Shown here piece by piece: positions 8,654-17,253 of a stretch of DNA of 53,566 bases (the stretch's first letter is position 1; each line of letters starts with the position of its first letter). Source of the DNA: Minisyncoccota bacterium (lineage in GTDB: Bacteria; Patescibacteriota; Minisyncoccia; UBA6257; 2-01-FULL-56-20); the NCBI GenBank assembly GCA_035533375.1, contig DATLTV010000013.1, positions 1-53,566 of the forward strand, written 5' to 3'. The notes under the pieces were generated by a model that worked only from the letters and a program-made list of their open reading frames with translations, was not told the origin of the DNA and did not search any database. The position numbers and the translations under genes were made by a program.

Positions 8654-9301
8654 CTAAAACAGCTTCGGCGGCATTTTTTTCTTCGGCTTCGCGGACTCTT
8701 TTTTCGTCGCGGGCATTGCAGAAACAGGCACGGAAGCAACTGCTTCGGCAAGAAACTCGCCCGAAACAATCCTCGGCATTTTTTTAAAACTTTCGCGGAA
8801 GAGGCCCATCATTCCATTGCTGCGCAAGGCGGCCGCAGGATGGAGCATGGGCACTATCAACCGCGTGCTCAATTTGAACGCGTGCCCCTGGTCGCGCGTG
8901 ATCTTCGCCTCAGGCAAAAAATAGTTCATGGCGAAGCGGCCCAAAGGCACGATGATCTTCGGATTGATGATCTGGATCTGTCGCTTCAAATACGGCTTAT
9001 ATGCCGCAATTTCTTCCGGTAACGGATCGCGGTTCTCCGGCGGCCGGCGCTTCACGATATTTGTGATATATACTTGCTCCCGCTTCCAGCCGATCCCCCG
9101 CAAGCAATCGTTCAGAAGCTGTCCGCCGCGCCCCACGAACGGCCGCTTCTGCATGTCTTCGTTCGCTCCCGGCGCTTCGCCGATAAAAAGCACTTCGCAA
9201 TCCGGATTTCCTTCGCCAAAAACCAAATTCGTCGAAAGCGGAAGCGATTTGTCCGCGGCCATTTCCGCTGCAAGTTTTTTCAACACTTCCTTTTTTCCCA
9301 T
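8654..9301 (-). CDS. uracil-DNA glycosylase, family 4
   Basis: GEAPGANED, the FVGRGGQLL and HPAAALR motifs are present. The start is moved to ATG 9301 (MGKKEVLKKL...) because the track's longer N-terminus is encoded by the 38-nt palindrome. Confidence 0.85.
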   Translation of the reverse strand: MGKKEVLKKLAAEMAADKSLPLSTNLVFGEGNPDCEVLFIGEAPGANEDMQKRPFVGRGGQLLNDCLRGIGWKREQVYITNIVKRRPPENRDPLPEEIAAYKPYLKRQIQIINPKIIVPLGRFAMNYFLPEAKITRDQGHAFKLSTRLIVPMLHPAAALRSNGMMGLFRESFKKMPRIVSGEFLAEAVASVPVSAMPATKKESAKPKKKMPPKLF

Positions 9302-9334
9302 AAGTGAATTATAGCCGAAATTACCGCAATAAAA

Positions 9335-9372
9335 AATGTTACATTTTCTGCGATCGCAGAAAATGTAACATT
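9335..9372. repeat. perfect 38-nt palindrome, CGATCG-centred family, copy 1
   Basis: AATGTTACATTTTCTGCGATCGCAGAAAATGTAACATT equals its own reverse complement. It lies in the divergent spacer between the UDG gene and the 9430 gene. Confidence 0.9.
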
Positions 9373-9429
9373 GCAAAAGCCGCACAGCTGTGATAGAAAG
9401 TAGGCAGTAAAGTTCACAAGGAGCGGATC

Positions 9430-10566
9430 ATGAAAAAAATGCTGCGGCTCGCGGTTGAGCTCAATGGCCTTGCGCTTACGCTCGACGGGCCGAAACGGAA
9501 GGAACGCCTGGAGATCGCGGGGAGCTATCCGAATTCCCTGCTCGCCCGCTTTCTTTTCTCCCAGCTCGGCATGATGCATCTTGTCGCGCCGCATCTTCCG
9601 GAAATCATCGAAACAAATTTTTTTGTGGTGCGGGAAACGGAACGGCTCATCGATAAAATGTACGCGTCCGAAAACCGGTTGCCGCCGCATTTCAAAACTC
9701 CGATACTGAACGCCGCCGCATCATTTTCCCTGCCAAAAACCGATCGCAACAAAGTGGTCGTGGCATTTTCCGCCGGAAAAGATTCGCTCTGGAATGTGTG
9801 GTGGGCGCAGGAAAAATACGGAAAAGACAACGTGCTCGTCGTGCACATCGCCGGCTTGAATCGGGTAAATGCCTCGGGCGAGCGGAAATATGCGGAGCTC
9901 CAGGCGAAAAAACTCGGCTTCCGGCATTTCCGCGTCATCGAACTGCACAATGGATCCGTCGAAACCGGCTTCAAGGTAATGCGCTCGCGGGACATGTTCC
10001 TTGCGGGCATCATTATTCCGGCAGCTCTCGAATTCGGCGCGTCGAAAATCATCACCGAAGGATTCGGCGAGGATACTTCGAAACATCTCTTCACCGGCGA
10101 GGAAAGGAATATGCGTTACTTTAACGGTATGCTTCGCCGGCTCGGGATCCCCGTCGAAGTTGCATGGCGGAATCGGGCGGAAATGGATGTCGTAAAAGAC
10201 CTCGCCGTCCGCAAACCGGAATGGCTTGCACACGTCCACAATTGCTTTGCGCCTCCCTGCTACAAACCGTTGATTCAAAGGTCGTGGCGAAAACGGACAC
10301 CCACGTTTCCGCCGCTCGATTCGCAATGCGGTTCATGTGTGAAGTGCCGCATCACACGGCTCGGCGTATTGCTTTACGGCGATCATACGGTGAGCAGGAT
10401 TGACGCGGCGGAATTTCTCCGGCACACCGCAAAATGGATCGTGGAAAAATGGCCGACGCACGAAGACTTCCTGAACGGAAGCTTTCTCGAATGTTTTCGG
10501 GAAGCATGCAGGAAATACGATATTGTTCCGAAGCTTTCGGAATTGAAGATCAAACCGGCTGCCTGA
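9430..10566 (+). CDS. PP-loop ATP pyrophosphatase superfamily protein, QueC/ExsB-like core with about 110-aa N-terminal extension
   Basis: PP-loop VVAFSAGKDS; SRDMFLAGIIIPAALEFGASKIITEG; C-terminal Cys cluster HNCFAPPC...CGSCVKCRITR, similar to the QueC zinc site. Confidence 0.65.
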   Translation: MKKMLRLAVELNGLALTLDGPKRKERLEIAGSYPNSLLARFLFSQLGMMHLVAPHLPEIIETNFFVVRETERLIDKMYASENRLPPHFKTPILNAAASFSLPKTDRNKVVVAFSAGKDSLWNVWWAQEKYGKDNVLVVHIAGLNRVNASGERKYAELQAKKLGFRHFRVIELHNGSVETGFKVMRSRDMFLAGIIIPAALEFGASKIITEGFGEDTSKHLFTGEERNMRYFNGMLRRLGIPVEVAWRNRAEMDVVKDLAVRKPEWLAHVHNCFAPPCYKPLIQRSWRKRTPTFPPLDSQCGSCVKCRITRLGVLLYGDHTVSRIDAAEFLRHTAKWIVEKWPTHEDFLNGSFLECFREACRKYDIVPKLSELKIKPAA

Positions 10567-10591
10567 CGCAACCGGTTTTTTTATTCCTCTT

Positions 10592-10615
10592 TATCTTATT
10601 CGTACGAATAAGATA
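10592..10615. repeat. 24-nt perfect palindrome, ATTCG-NN-CGAAT family, copy 1
   Basis: TATCTTATTCGTACGAATAAGATA, 26 nt after the stop of the 9430 gene. Confidence 0.85.
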
Positions 10616-10656
10616 GGAAAATACGAAAAAAGGGAGGGGGGACGGGTAGCGGCAGC

Positions 10657-10684
10657 AAAAAACCCGCCGATTTCGGGCGGGTTT
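10657..10684. terminator. bidirectional intrinsic terminator
   Basis: AAAAAACCCGCC-GATTTCG-GGCGGGTTT with an A-run upstream and a T-run downstream, between convergent genes. Confidence 0.6.
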
Positions 10685-10695
10685 ATCGTTTTTTT

Positions 10696-11880
10696 TTATT
10701 TCACGTGCGCGAGGGCTTGTTTCAGGTCGTCAATCAGATCCCGCGGATCTTCGCGGCCGATCGAGAGCCGGAGCATGCCGTCGGGAATGCCCGCCTTCGA
10801 TCGTTCGTCGGGCGTCATCTGGCCGTGCGTTTCGAACGCGGGCGCCACGACAAGCGATCTCGCTTCGCCGATATTCGCCGCGTGCCAGAAGATCTTGAGT
10901 GACTCGAGCGCCGTACGTGTAGCCGCCTTTCCACCCCTGAGCTCGATGGCCATGAGGCCGCCGAATCCATCCGGCATGAGCGCGCGATTCGCCGCCGCGC
11001 GCGGCCCGAAGCTCGGATAGAACACCCGCTTCACCTTCGGATGCCGCGAAAGGAATTTTGCGATCTGCGCGGCGTTCACCGAGTGCTCCCGCATTCGCGC
11101 ATGGAGCGACTCGATGTGATAGCAGAGGATCTGCGCATTATCGGAGGACATACACGGTCCCGTGTCGCGGAACCAGCCGAGGCGAAGCGCGTCGATCATT
11201 TTTTTTCTGCCGAACACCGCGCCGCCGATTACCTCGCCGTCGCCCATATATTTCGAGAGCGATGCCACGCCGATGTCCGCGCCATGGGCGAGCGGACGAA
11301 GTAGTGCGGGCGTTGCCAGCGTGGAATCGACCACGAGCGGCAACCGGTGCCGGTGCGCGATTTTTGCAAGCGCTGCGATATCGATCAGGTCGATCAGCGG
11401 ATTCGAAGGCGTTTCGACGTAGAAAAACCGCGTGGTCGGCCCGATTGCCGCGTCCCATCGATCCATATTAAACGGGTCCTCCGCGAATGTCGCGAGGATG
11501 CCGAGCGCCTTCAAACGCTCGTGGAAAAGATGGTAGACGCCGCCATAGAGCCGGTTCGATGAAACAAAATGTCCTCCGCCGCTCGCAAGATGAAGCGCCA
11601 CAAGGAAGATCGCGGACATGCCGGACGAGGTTACGAGCGCCGCCTCGGCTCCTTCGAGAGCCGCAAGCCGTTTTTCGAGAGCATCGGTTGTAGGATTATT
11701 GATCCTGCTGTAAATAAATCCTTCCTCTTCGCCGGCAAAAAGCCGTCGTCCCCGCTCAAGGCTGCCGAGCGGAAACGCTATCGTTCGGTGCAACGCCGGT
11801 CGCAGATCTGCGGCGGATTCGCCGCTATTGCCATGGATCTCGAGCGTCTTCTCGCGTAACTCGATCTTCTTCCCGGCCAT
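10696..11880 (-). CDS. Cys/Met-metabolism PLP-dependent enzyme (O-acetylhomoserine sulfhydrylase / methionine gamma-lyase family)
   Basis: The track ORF is trimmed to ATG 11880 (MAGKKIELREKTLEIHG...), which is preceded by GAGGAGG. Family motifs: YSRINNPTTDALEKRLAALEG, SLSKYMGG (PLP lysine), and LRLSIGREDPRDLIDDL. Confidence 0.85.
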   Translation of the reverse strand: MAGKKIELREKTLEIHGNSGESAADLRPALHRTIAFPLGSLERGRRLFAGEEEGFIYSRINNPTTDALEKRLAALEGAEAALVTSSGMSAIFLVALHLASGGGHFVSSNRLYGGVYHLFHERLKALGILATFAEDPFNMDRWDAAIGPTTRFFYVETPSNPLIDLIDIAALAKIAHRHRLPLVVDSTLATPALLRPLAHGADIGVASLSKYMGDGEVIGGAVFGRKKMIDALRLGWFRDTGPCMSSDNAQILCYHIESLHARMREHSVNAAQIAKFLSRHPKVKRVFYPSFGPRAAANRALMPDGFGGLMAIELRGGKAATRTALESLKIFWHAANIGEARSLVVAPAFETHGQMTPDERSKAGIPDGMLRLSIGREDPRDLIDDLKQALAHVK

Positions 11881-12018
11881 AAGACCTCCTCTTTTATTAA
11901 TCTTTCTATCTTTCCTCATCCTACCGCCAATTCGCGGGAGAGCGCAACGTCGTGAGTTGACCTCATAAATTTTTTCGCATAGGCTGAAATCAGCGGACGC
12001 GTTGGACAAGGAGGCGAA

Positions 12019-12417
12019 ATGCCACGCCTGCGGCGGAAAAGAGCTTTCATTATCGGTCCCGTGCGGGAAATAACCGACGCGGAAAAGAAAGCAATCGGGG
12101 CGTATGTTCTTCGTTTGGAAAAACAAGGATATCACGTTCATTGGCCGCTGCGCGATACGCACCAGAGCGACCCGATCGGCAGTCAGATACTTAATGAAAA
12201 CTGCTGGGAGATCGAACGAGCGGACGAGATCCATATCTGGTGGAATAAAAATTCGGAAGGGTCGCACTTTGATCTCGGTATAGCGTTCGGGATGCGATAC
12301 GGAACGGTCCACACCGGCAAGAAGAAATTCGTGCTCATCAATCGCGAGAGCGTTCTGCCGACCAAATGCAAGAGCTTCGAAAATGCGCTTCTGTGGCTTA
12401 CCGAGCCGGACGCCTAA
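12019..12417 (+). CDS. hypothetical protein; weak resemblance to nucleoside 2-deoxyribosyltransferase-like fold
   Basis: 132-aa ORF preceded by AAGGAGG. The RAFIIGPVR ... ADEIHIWWNKNSEGSHFDLGIAFG pattern recalls the Rossmann-like deoxyribosyltransferase family. The assignment is tentative. Confidence 0.5.
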   Translation: MPRLRRKRAFIIGPVREITDAEKKAIGAYVLRLEKQGYHVHWPLRDTHQSDPIGSQILNENCWEIERADEIHIWWNKNSEGSHFDLGIAFGMRYGTVHTGKKKFVLINRESVLPTKCKSFENALLWLTEPDA

Positions 12418-12435
12418 GTGCCAGAAAAATAAATC

Positions 12436-12467
12436 AAAACGGCCCAGCAATAAATCGGGCCGTTTTT
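12436..12467 (+). terminator. intrinsic terminator
   Basis: AAAACGGCCC-11 nt-GGGCCGTTTTT. Confidence 0.55.
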
Positions 12468-12734
12468 CATTTTTATCGGGAAGCCCGGCTGTCTATGCTC
12501 CGTATGCCGGAACGTACGCGAAAACTTTCTTCGTCTTTCTCGCTTCGGTATTTTCGATCTTCCTGCCGATATATGAAGCGCCGATTCTGCCGCTCCAGAC
12601 CCAATTTGCCTCCGAGCGGATTGCAGCCGTGTTTGTATTTTTTACCCCCACCGTTTTTCCTTTATATGAATAAATCATTGTTTTATAGTTTTGATTTATA
12701 TGTATCTCGACTTTTTCTTTAATTGTAGCCGCTC

Positions 12735-12777
12735 TGTCAAGTATGTCAAGTCTTAGGGGGTTGTGGATAAGTCAAGC
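12735..12777 (+). promoter_or_regulatory. tandem TGTCAAGT direct repeats upstream of the LexA-like gene (candidate operator)
   Basis: TGTCAAGT at 12735-12742 and 12744-12751, AGTCAAGC at 12770-12777. Another TGTCAAGT at 18631-18638 lies 29 nt upstream of the XRE gene start. Confidence 0.3.
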
Positions 12778-13464
12778 TTTCCGATATGCTATACTGGAAT
12801 CATGCACAGTATACAAGACAAGCTTCTCGACCTTTCGAAGCGGGAAAACCTCGCCAAATTGAGCCTTCGCGACATGGCCAAAGAGATCGGCCTTCCCGGC
12901 GAATCCCCCCAGAAGATCAAACACCACCTGCTTCAGCTGCAAAAAAAGGGCTTTTTGAGCATCGATAAGGCCAAGGGCGTGATGGAGCGGGCGTCCTCCA
13001 CTCCGGGCTGGGCAAGGGGGTTGCTGGACAAGACCTCCTCGCTTTTCTCGATCCCCATCGTCGGCACCGCGAACTGCGGTCCGGCAACAATCTTCGCGGA
13101 GCAGAATTTTCACGGGTTTATTCGGGTTTCGAGTAAACTCATCGGCCGCGCGAAACCGACCGGTCTTTATGCCATCAAAGCCGACGGCTCCTCTATGAAT
13201 TGCGCGGAGATAGGCGGCAGAAAGATAGAAGACGGCGATTTTATGATTGTCGACAAAAATCAGACTGATCCCAAGACCGGCGACGCTGTTCTCGCGATCA
13301 TCGACAACAAAGCGACCGTGAAGCGATTCATTGACGATCGCAAAAACGGCCAGATCGTCCTCCGCGCCGATTCCTCGTTCGATTACGAACCGATCTATCT
13401 CCATCCCGACGATGACTTCTCGATCAGCGGCAAAGTGGTGGGGGTGATCAAGCGCTCTTCCTAG
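12763..13464 (+). CDS. LexA-like repressor: winged-HTH plus S24 peptidase domain
   Basis: N-terminal HTH (LSLRDMAKEIGLPGESPQKIKHHLLQLQKKGFL). The S24 domain has GSSM (Ser nucleophile) and ATVKRF (Lys). The start is ambiguous. GTG 12763 is preceded by AGGGGG. ATG 12802 lies just downstream of TGcTATACT and would give a leaderless mRNA. Confidence 0.8.
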   Translation: MDKSSFPICYTGIMHSIQDKLLDLSKRENLAKLSLRDMAKEIGLPGESPQKIKHHLLQLQKKGFLSIDKAKGVMERASSTPGWARGLLDKTSSLFSIPIVGTANCGPATIFAEQNFHGFIRVSSKLIGRAKPTGLYAIKADGSSMNCAEIGGRKIEDGDFMIVDKNQTDPKTGDAVLAIIDNKATVKRFIDDRKNGQIVLRADSSFDYEPIYLHPDDDFSISGKVVGVIKRSS

Positions 13465-14230
13465 GACCAGTCTGAAGATTTTTTGCGATAAGGCACAAAA
13501 ATAACGGTATTTCTTTTCTTGCTTCGTTTTCGGCATTCGCGCGAGGGCCGGGATCGCTTTTGCGATTGGAATTCCATTCCTCGAGCGCGGAGACGGAAAG
13601 CCCCGCTTTGTTCAGCGCTTTAAAATAGAACTGGAGCGGACGATGGAATGTGAGCGTATACTGGTCCGGTTGGTCGCCGGGATGCATCTGTATTTTTACT
13701 TTCGCCTCGGAAAGGTAACGATCGATGCGGCGATATTGCGTTTTTTCTTTTTCATCCCATTCCCAGCTGCTCGCCCTGGGAACGCGGAAAGCGGGATGCG
13801 TGATCACGGCGAAGAGCATGCCACCGGGTTTTAGCACGCGCGTACATTCGCGGAAAACGCCGGCTACGTCCCGGATATTCTGTAGCGCAAGCACGATCGC
13901 GATTTTGTCCACGCTCCGATCTTTTAAAAATGGCAGCGAATCAGCCGAGGCAACCCGGAAATCGATGTTCTTCGGCATGTTCCTGCGCGCAAGCGCGATG
14001 AGCGCCGGCGAGACGTCGACGCCAACCACGCGATCGCTCAATCCTGCGAACTCCCGCGCAAAAAATCCCTGTCCGCAGGCGAGATCGAGTACTCCCTCTC
14101 CCTTTTTGATATCCATCAACCGTAAAATGTTTGGCAGGATCAGGTCGCGCTGATACGTTCCCCCTTCCGCAAGATGGCTATCGTACCAATCGGCGGCTTT
14201 TTCCCATGAGGTATCGTCGTGCTGTGGCAT
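13448..14230 (-). CDS. class I SAM-dependent methyltransferase
   Basis: Motif I VLDLACGQGFF, followed by VVGVDVS and LKPGGMLF. Confidence 0.85.
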   Translation of the reverse strand: MPQHDDTSWEKAADWYDSHLAEGGTYQRDLILPNILRLMDIKKGEGVLDLACGQGFFAREFAGLSDRVVGVDVSPALIALARRNMPKNIDFRVASADSLPFLKDRSVDKIAIVLALQNIRDVAGVFRECTRVLKPGGMLFAVITHPAFRVPRASSWEWDEKEKTQYRRIDRYLSEAKVKIQMHPGDQPDQYTLTFHRPLQFYFKALNKAGLSVSALEEWNSNRKSDPGPRANAENEARKEIPLFLCLIAKNLQTGPRKSA

Positions 14231-14279
14231 GGCTATAGAATATCACAAAACGGAGGCGCTCGAAGCCCGGGCCATCTCA

Positions 14280-14309
14280 TTGGAAAATCATAAGAAAAAG
14301 ACTTATAAT
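14280..14309 (+). promoter_or_regulatory. candidate promoter for the DinB-family gene
   Basis: TTGGAA (14280-14285), 18 nt, TATAAT (14304-14309). This supports the ATG 14328 start. Confidence 0.4.
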
Positions 14310-14327
14310 TCGGAGACAAACAAAACT

Positions 14328-14807
14328 ATGGACGCCGATCAAAAATTACGGGAGGAGTTGCTGGACTACCTCGATAGTGCGTGCACACACAAGCCGCTCA
14401 CGGAGGCCGCGAAAGATTTTCCTGCGGAATTTATAAACAGGAAAGTCGAAGGCGCGCCTTATTCTCCGTGGGGGCTCTTGGAACACATCCGCATTACGCA
14501 GCGCGACATGGTGAACTTCATCGAAAATCACGATTACAAAGAAATGGATTGGCCGAAGGATTATTGGCCGAAACGCACGGAAAATGCCACGCGAAAAATG
14601 TGGGAAAATACACTCGCCGAATATCTGAAAGACCTGGAAGCGTTGAGGCGCATCGTGAAAGACCCGAAGAACGATCTGCTCTCCCCGATCCCGCGCGGCA
14701 GCGGCCAGACGATCCTGAAGGAAGTGATGCAAATCGTTGACCACACAAGCTACCATACGGGCGAGCTCGTTCTCGCGCGGCGAAATATCGGCGCGTGGAA
14801 AGAGTGA
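14328..14807 (+). CDS. DinB-family (DinB_2-like) metal-dependent protein
   Basis: Trimmed to MDADQKLREELLDYL... (GGAGA sits 9 nt upstream). The His-containing helices EHIRITQRDM and IVDHTSYHTGELV are typical of the DinB four-helix bundle. Confidence 0.7.
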   Translation: MDADQKLREELLDYLDSACTHKPLTEAAKDFPAEFINRKVEGAPYSPWGLLEHIRITQRDMVNFIENHDYKEMDWPKDYWPKRTENATRKMWENTLAEYLKDLEALRRIVKDPKNDLLSPIPRGSGQTILKEVMQIVDHTSYHTGELVLARRNIGAWKE

Positions 14808-14819
14808 TTTTGCGGTCTT

Positions 14820-14857
14820 CCGCTACCGGCTAATTCGCACGAATTAGCCGGTAGCGG
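14820..14857. repeat. 38-nt palindrome, ATTCG-NN-CGAAT family, copy 2
   Basis: CCGCTACCGGCTAATTCG-CA-CGAATTAGCCGGTAGCGG with 18-bp perfect arms, 13 nt after the DinB stop. Confidence 0.9.
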
Positions 14858-14960
14858 GAATTATCTCTTGCGCAGCCGATCGCCCGGCTTCGGGCATGCG
14901 GAAATGGCGCAATAAACTTGACCTCGCCGGATTTGATAGGGGACTCACCCCCCCCGTTTT

Positions 14961-15335
14961 TTACTCCTTCGTTTCCAAATCCAGGCAGACCGAGTTTATG
15001 CAATATCTTTTTCCTCCCCGTTCCTTCGGGCCGTCGTCGAAGACGTGGCCGAGATGCGCGCCGCAGTTCTTGCAGCGGACTTCGGTGCGCTTCATGCCGA
15101 AACCAGAATCGCCGTGCAGTTCCACGTGCTCCAAATTCGCCGGCTCGGTAAACGAAGGCCAGCCGGTGCCGGAATCGAACTTCGTATCCGACGAAAAAAG
15201 CTCCGCGCCGCAGATCGCGCACTTGTACACGCCCTTCTCGTGATTATTCCAGTATTTTCCGGTGAACGCCGCCTCGGTTCCCTGCTTGCGGGCAACTTGG
15301 TAAAGTTCTTTTGAAAGTTCCTCGTCTTTTTTCAT
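14961..15335 (-). CDS. msrB: peptide-methionine (R)-S-oxide reductase
   Basis: Zinc CxxC pairs (CAICGAEL, CKNCGAHLGHVF) and the catalytic RYCINS motif. Confidence 0.95.
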   Translation of the reverse strand: MKKDEELSKELYQVARKQGTEAAFTGKYWNNHEKGVYKCAICGAELFSSDTKFDSGTGWPSFTEPANLEHVELHGDSGFGMKRTEVRCKNCGAHLGHVFDDGPKERGGKRYCINSVCLDLETKE

Positions 15336-15360
15336 GATTATTTCTCGTGATTAATGTTCG

Positions 15361-15396
15361 TGTTGCGCTTTTGTACGATCGCACAAAAGTGCAACA
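15361..15396. repeat. CGATCG-centred palindrome family, copy 2 (imperfect)
   Basis: TGTTGCGCTTTTGTACGATCGCACAAAAGTGCAACA, 36 nt with 2 mismatched positions, between the msrA stop (15401) and the msrB start (15335). Confidence 0.8.
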
Positions 15397-15400
15397 TCTT

Positions 15401-15967
15401 TTATTCGCGTTTTTCGCCGTCCGTATTATTTTTTAACAGCTCCGCGAACTTGTTCTGTAATTTCTCGACCTTGGGCTCGATGATTAATTGGCAATAGGGC
15501 TGAAAGGAATTTTTCTTATAGTAATTGCGATGATAGTCCTCGGCGGGGTAGAACGCATCGAGCGGCGCAACTTCCGTAACCACCGGTTTTCCGCTAGGGT
15601 CGGAAGCGGCGAGCTCCGTGATGAATTTCTCCGTTTCGGTCTTCTGCTCCGGCGTCACGTAGAAAACGGCGGAGCGATATTGCGTGCCGACGTCGTTCCC
15701 TTGGCGATTCATGGTTGTCGGATCGTGCGTGGCAAAAAATACGGTGAGCAAGTCCCCGAACAGGATCTTCGACGGATCATACTCGATATGCGTCGCTTCC
15801 GCGTGGCCGGTCTTTCCGGTGCATACTTGTTCGTAGGTCGGGTTCTTTGTCGTACCGCCGGCATAGCCCGGCATCACGGAAACAACGCCTTTAAGCTCGC
15901 GAAAGATCGCTTCCGTACACCAAAAACATCCACCCGCGAAAACGACGACTTGTGTTTTATTTTCCAT
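15401..15967 (-). CDS. msrA: peptide-methionine (S)-S-oxide reductase
   Basis: GCFWC active site (VFAGGCFWCTEAIF), GHAEA, and the YHRNYY motif. Confidence 0.95.
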   Translation of the reverse strand: MENKTQVVVFAGGCFWCTEAIFRELKGVVSVMPGYAGGTTKNPTYEQVCTGKTGHAEATHIEYDPSKILFGDLLTVFFATHDPTTMNRQGNDVGTQYRSAVFYVTPEQKTETEKFITELAASDPSGKPVVTEVAPLDAFYPAEDYHRNYYKKNSFQPYCQLIIEPKVEKLQNKFAELLKNNTDGEKRE

Positions 15968-15969
15968 GG

Positions 15970-17193
15970 TTATCCGAATGTGAATGTATATGCGTTAAGT
16001 CCCGGGTTATCGATAATGAGCTCGAGCGTGTGCTCCGAATTAAAATCCGCGCAGCCCGACCCGCTACAAGCGGCGGTATTGTTCACTATATTATAAAGCC
16101 GGCTCGATTGAATGATCACCTTCCCGCCGCGCACGTCGCTTCCGGCATTCGTTGCATCCACGGGCTTCCCATCCTGCAGGACTTCGATGGTCACGGAAGA
16201 GGACGCGCTCGCGACGAGATTTACCTTCGGAGCTTTATATAAATAAAATATTTTTGCGCCTGCGGCGGTATTTTCCGCATATTCCTGTTCAAAGTCCCAT
16301 GACCCGGAAAGATAGAGTGCATTAAGCTGCATTGTTGAAGGCGCGGATAATTCCTGCGCGCCCGCTTTTCCCTGGCTGCCGTTCGCAAGATACACGTTCC
16401 GCGCGGCGCCGAAGTACGTTTCGGGGCTCGCAATTCCGGAAAGATCGGCCGGCGCGATGTTCACGGTCGAGGTCGCAACGGCCTGGTCTGTTCCAAGGAT
16501 CTGCGCGCGCTGCGCCAAAAGCTTTTGGATTTCGGTCTCGGTTTCGCCGTAATTTCCTTCACCAATCTGGTCGTGGGCGATATAGCCCGCCATATCGATC
16601 AAATATTCATGTGGCCAATACAGATTGCCGTATGCCTGCCAGGTACCGTAATTCGAATCGAGCACGACGGGATAGGCAATGCCGAACTTTTGCACCGCCG
16701 CCCGGACATTGTTGATATCTTTTTCAAAATCAAACTCCGGCGTGTGGATGCCCACAATCTCGAGTCCTTCGTTTTTATACTTCACATCCCAGGCCGCGAG
16801 ATACGGGATCGTCCTGATGCAATTGATACAGCTGTACGTCCAGAAGTCGAGAAGGATCACTTTTTTACCGACAAGGCTTGCGAGTTTGAAGCCGCTCGAA
16901 GTATTCACGAATCCCGTCGGATCCTGGATCTCGCGGGCCGGGCTCGCGCCCGCTTTCTCGTCGGCTGCGGCGAGCGCGGTGATTTGGGCGTCAGCCGAAG
17001 CCGATTGAAGTTGCGGCACGGAAGAAGAAGTTGCACTCGGGACGGTTGCCGGAGGCAGGGTGTTCGCCGCGATTGAAGGAGCCCCGCCGGACGGCACCGC
17101 GCCGGGATGCACGCTCACCGATTCGAGATACCAGATCGAGCCCGCGATTGCGGCGAGCGTGACGATAAACGCAATTTTCTTTTTGATAAACAT
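15970..17193 (-). CDS. membrane-anchored thioredoxin-fold thiol-disulfide oxidoreductase (TlpA / DipZ C-terminal-like) with extra beta-rich C-terminal domain
   Basis: N-terminal anchor, Trx motif FWTYSCINCIRTIP (CxxC), then about 200 aa resembling the carbohydrate-binding-like tail of DipZ-type proteins. It lies adjacent to ccdA. Confidence 0.8.
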   Translation of the reverse strand: MFIKKKIAFIVTLAAIAGSIWYLESVSVHPGAVPSGGAPSIAANTLPPATVPSATSSSVPQLQSASADAQITALAAADEKAGASPAREIQDPTGFVNTSSGFKLASLVGKKVILLDFWTYSCINCIRTIPYLAAWDVKYKNEGLEIVGIHTPEFDFEKDINNVRAAVQKFGIAYPVVLDSNYGTWQAYGNLYWPHEYLIDMAGYIAHDQIGEGNYGETETEIQKLLAQRAQILGTDQAVATSTVNIAPADLSGIASPETYFGAARNVYLANGSQGKAGAQELSAPSTMQLNALYLSGSWDFEQEYAENTAAGAKIFYLYKAPKVNLVASASSSVTIEVLQDGKPVDATNAGSDVRGGKVIIQSSRLYNIVNNTAACSGSGCADFNSEHTLELIIDNPGLNAYTFTFG

Positions 17194-17208
17194 GGCTTTT
17201 ATCGAGAT

Positions 17209-17246
17209 AGCGTTGCATTTTCTACGATCGTAGAAAATGCAACGCT
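17209..17246. repeat. perfect 38-nt palindrome, CGATCG-centred family, copy 3
   Basis: AGCGTTGCATTTTCTACGATCGTAGAAAATGCAACGCT, between the ccdA stop (17254) and the Trx-like gene start (17193). Confidence 0.9.
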
Positions 17247-17253
17247 GCCAGAT

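Noticed and set aside
9302-9385. N-terminal extensions of several track ORFs (8654..9385, 7747..8373, 18637..19722, 30718.., 36432..37181, 24532..25095, 45322..46476)
   Set aside because: The extra residues are encoded by palindromes, REP elements or neighbouring genes. Internal starts with Shine-Dalgarno sequences give family-typical N-termini.
11881-12450. 190-aa N-terminal extension of the sulfhydrylase ORF (track 10696..12450)
   Set aside because: The extension overlaps the well-formed plus-strand gene 12019..12417 and its divergent promoter. An internal ATG at 11880 with GAGGAGG gives a normal-length enzyme.
12493-12678. 61-aa minus-strand ORF (MIYSYKGKTVGVKNTNTAAIRSEANWVW...) in the 345-nt spacer before the LexA-like gene
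   Set aside because: Composition is plausibly coding, but there is no SD, no recognisable family and no terminator logic. It is left unannotated as unproven.
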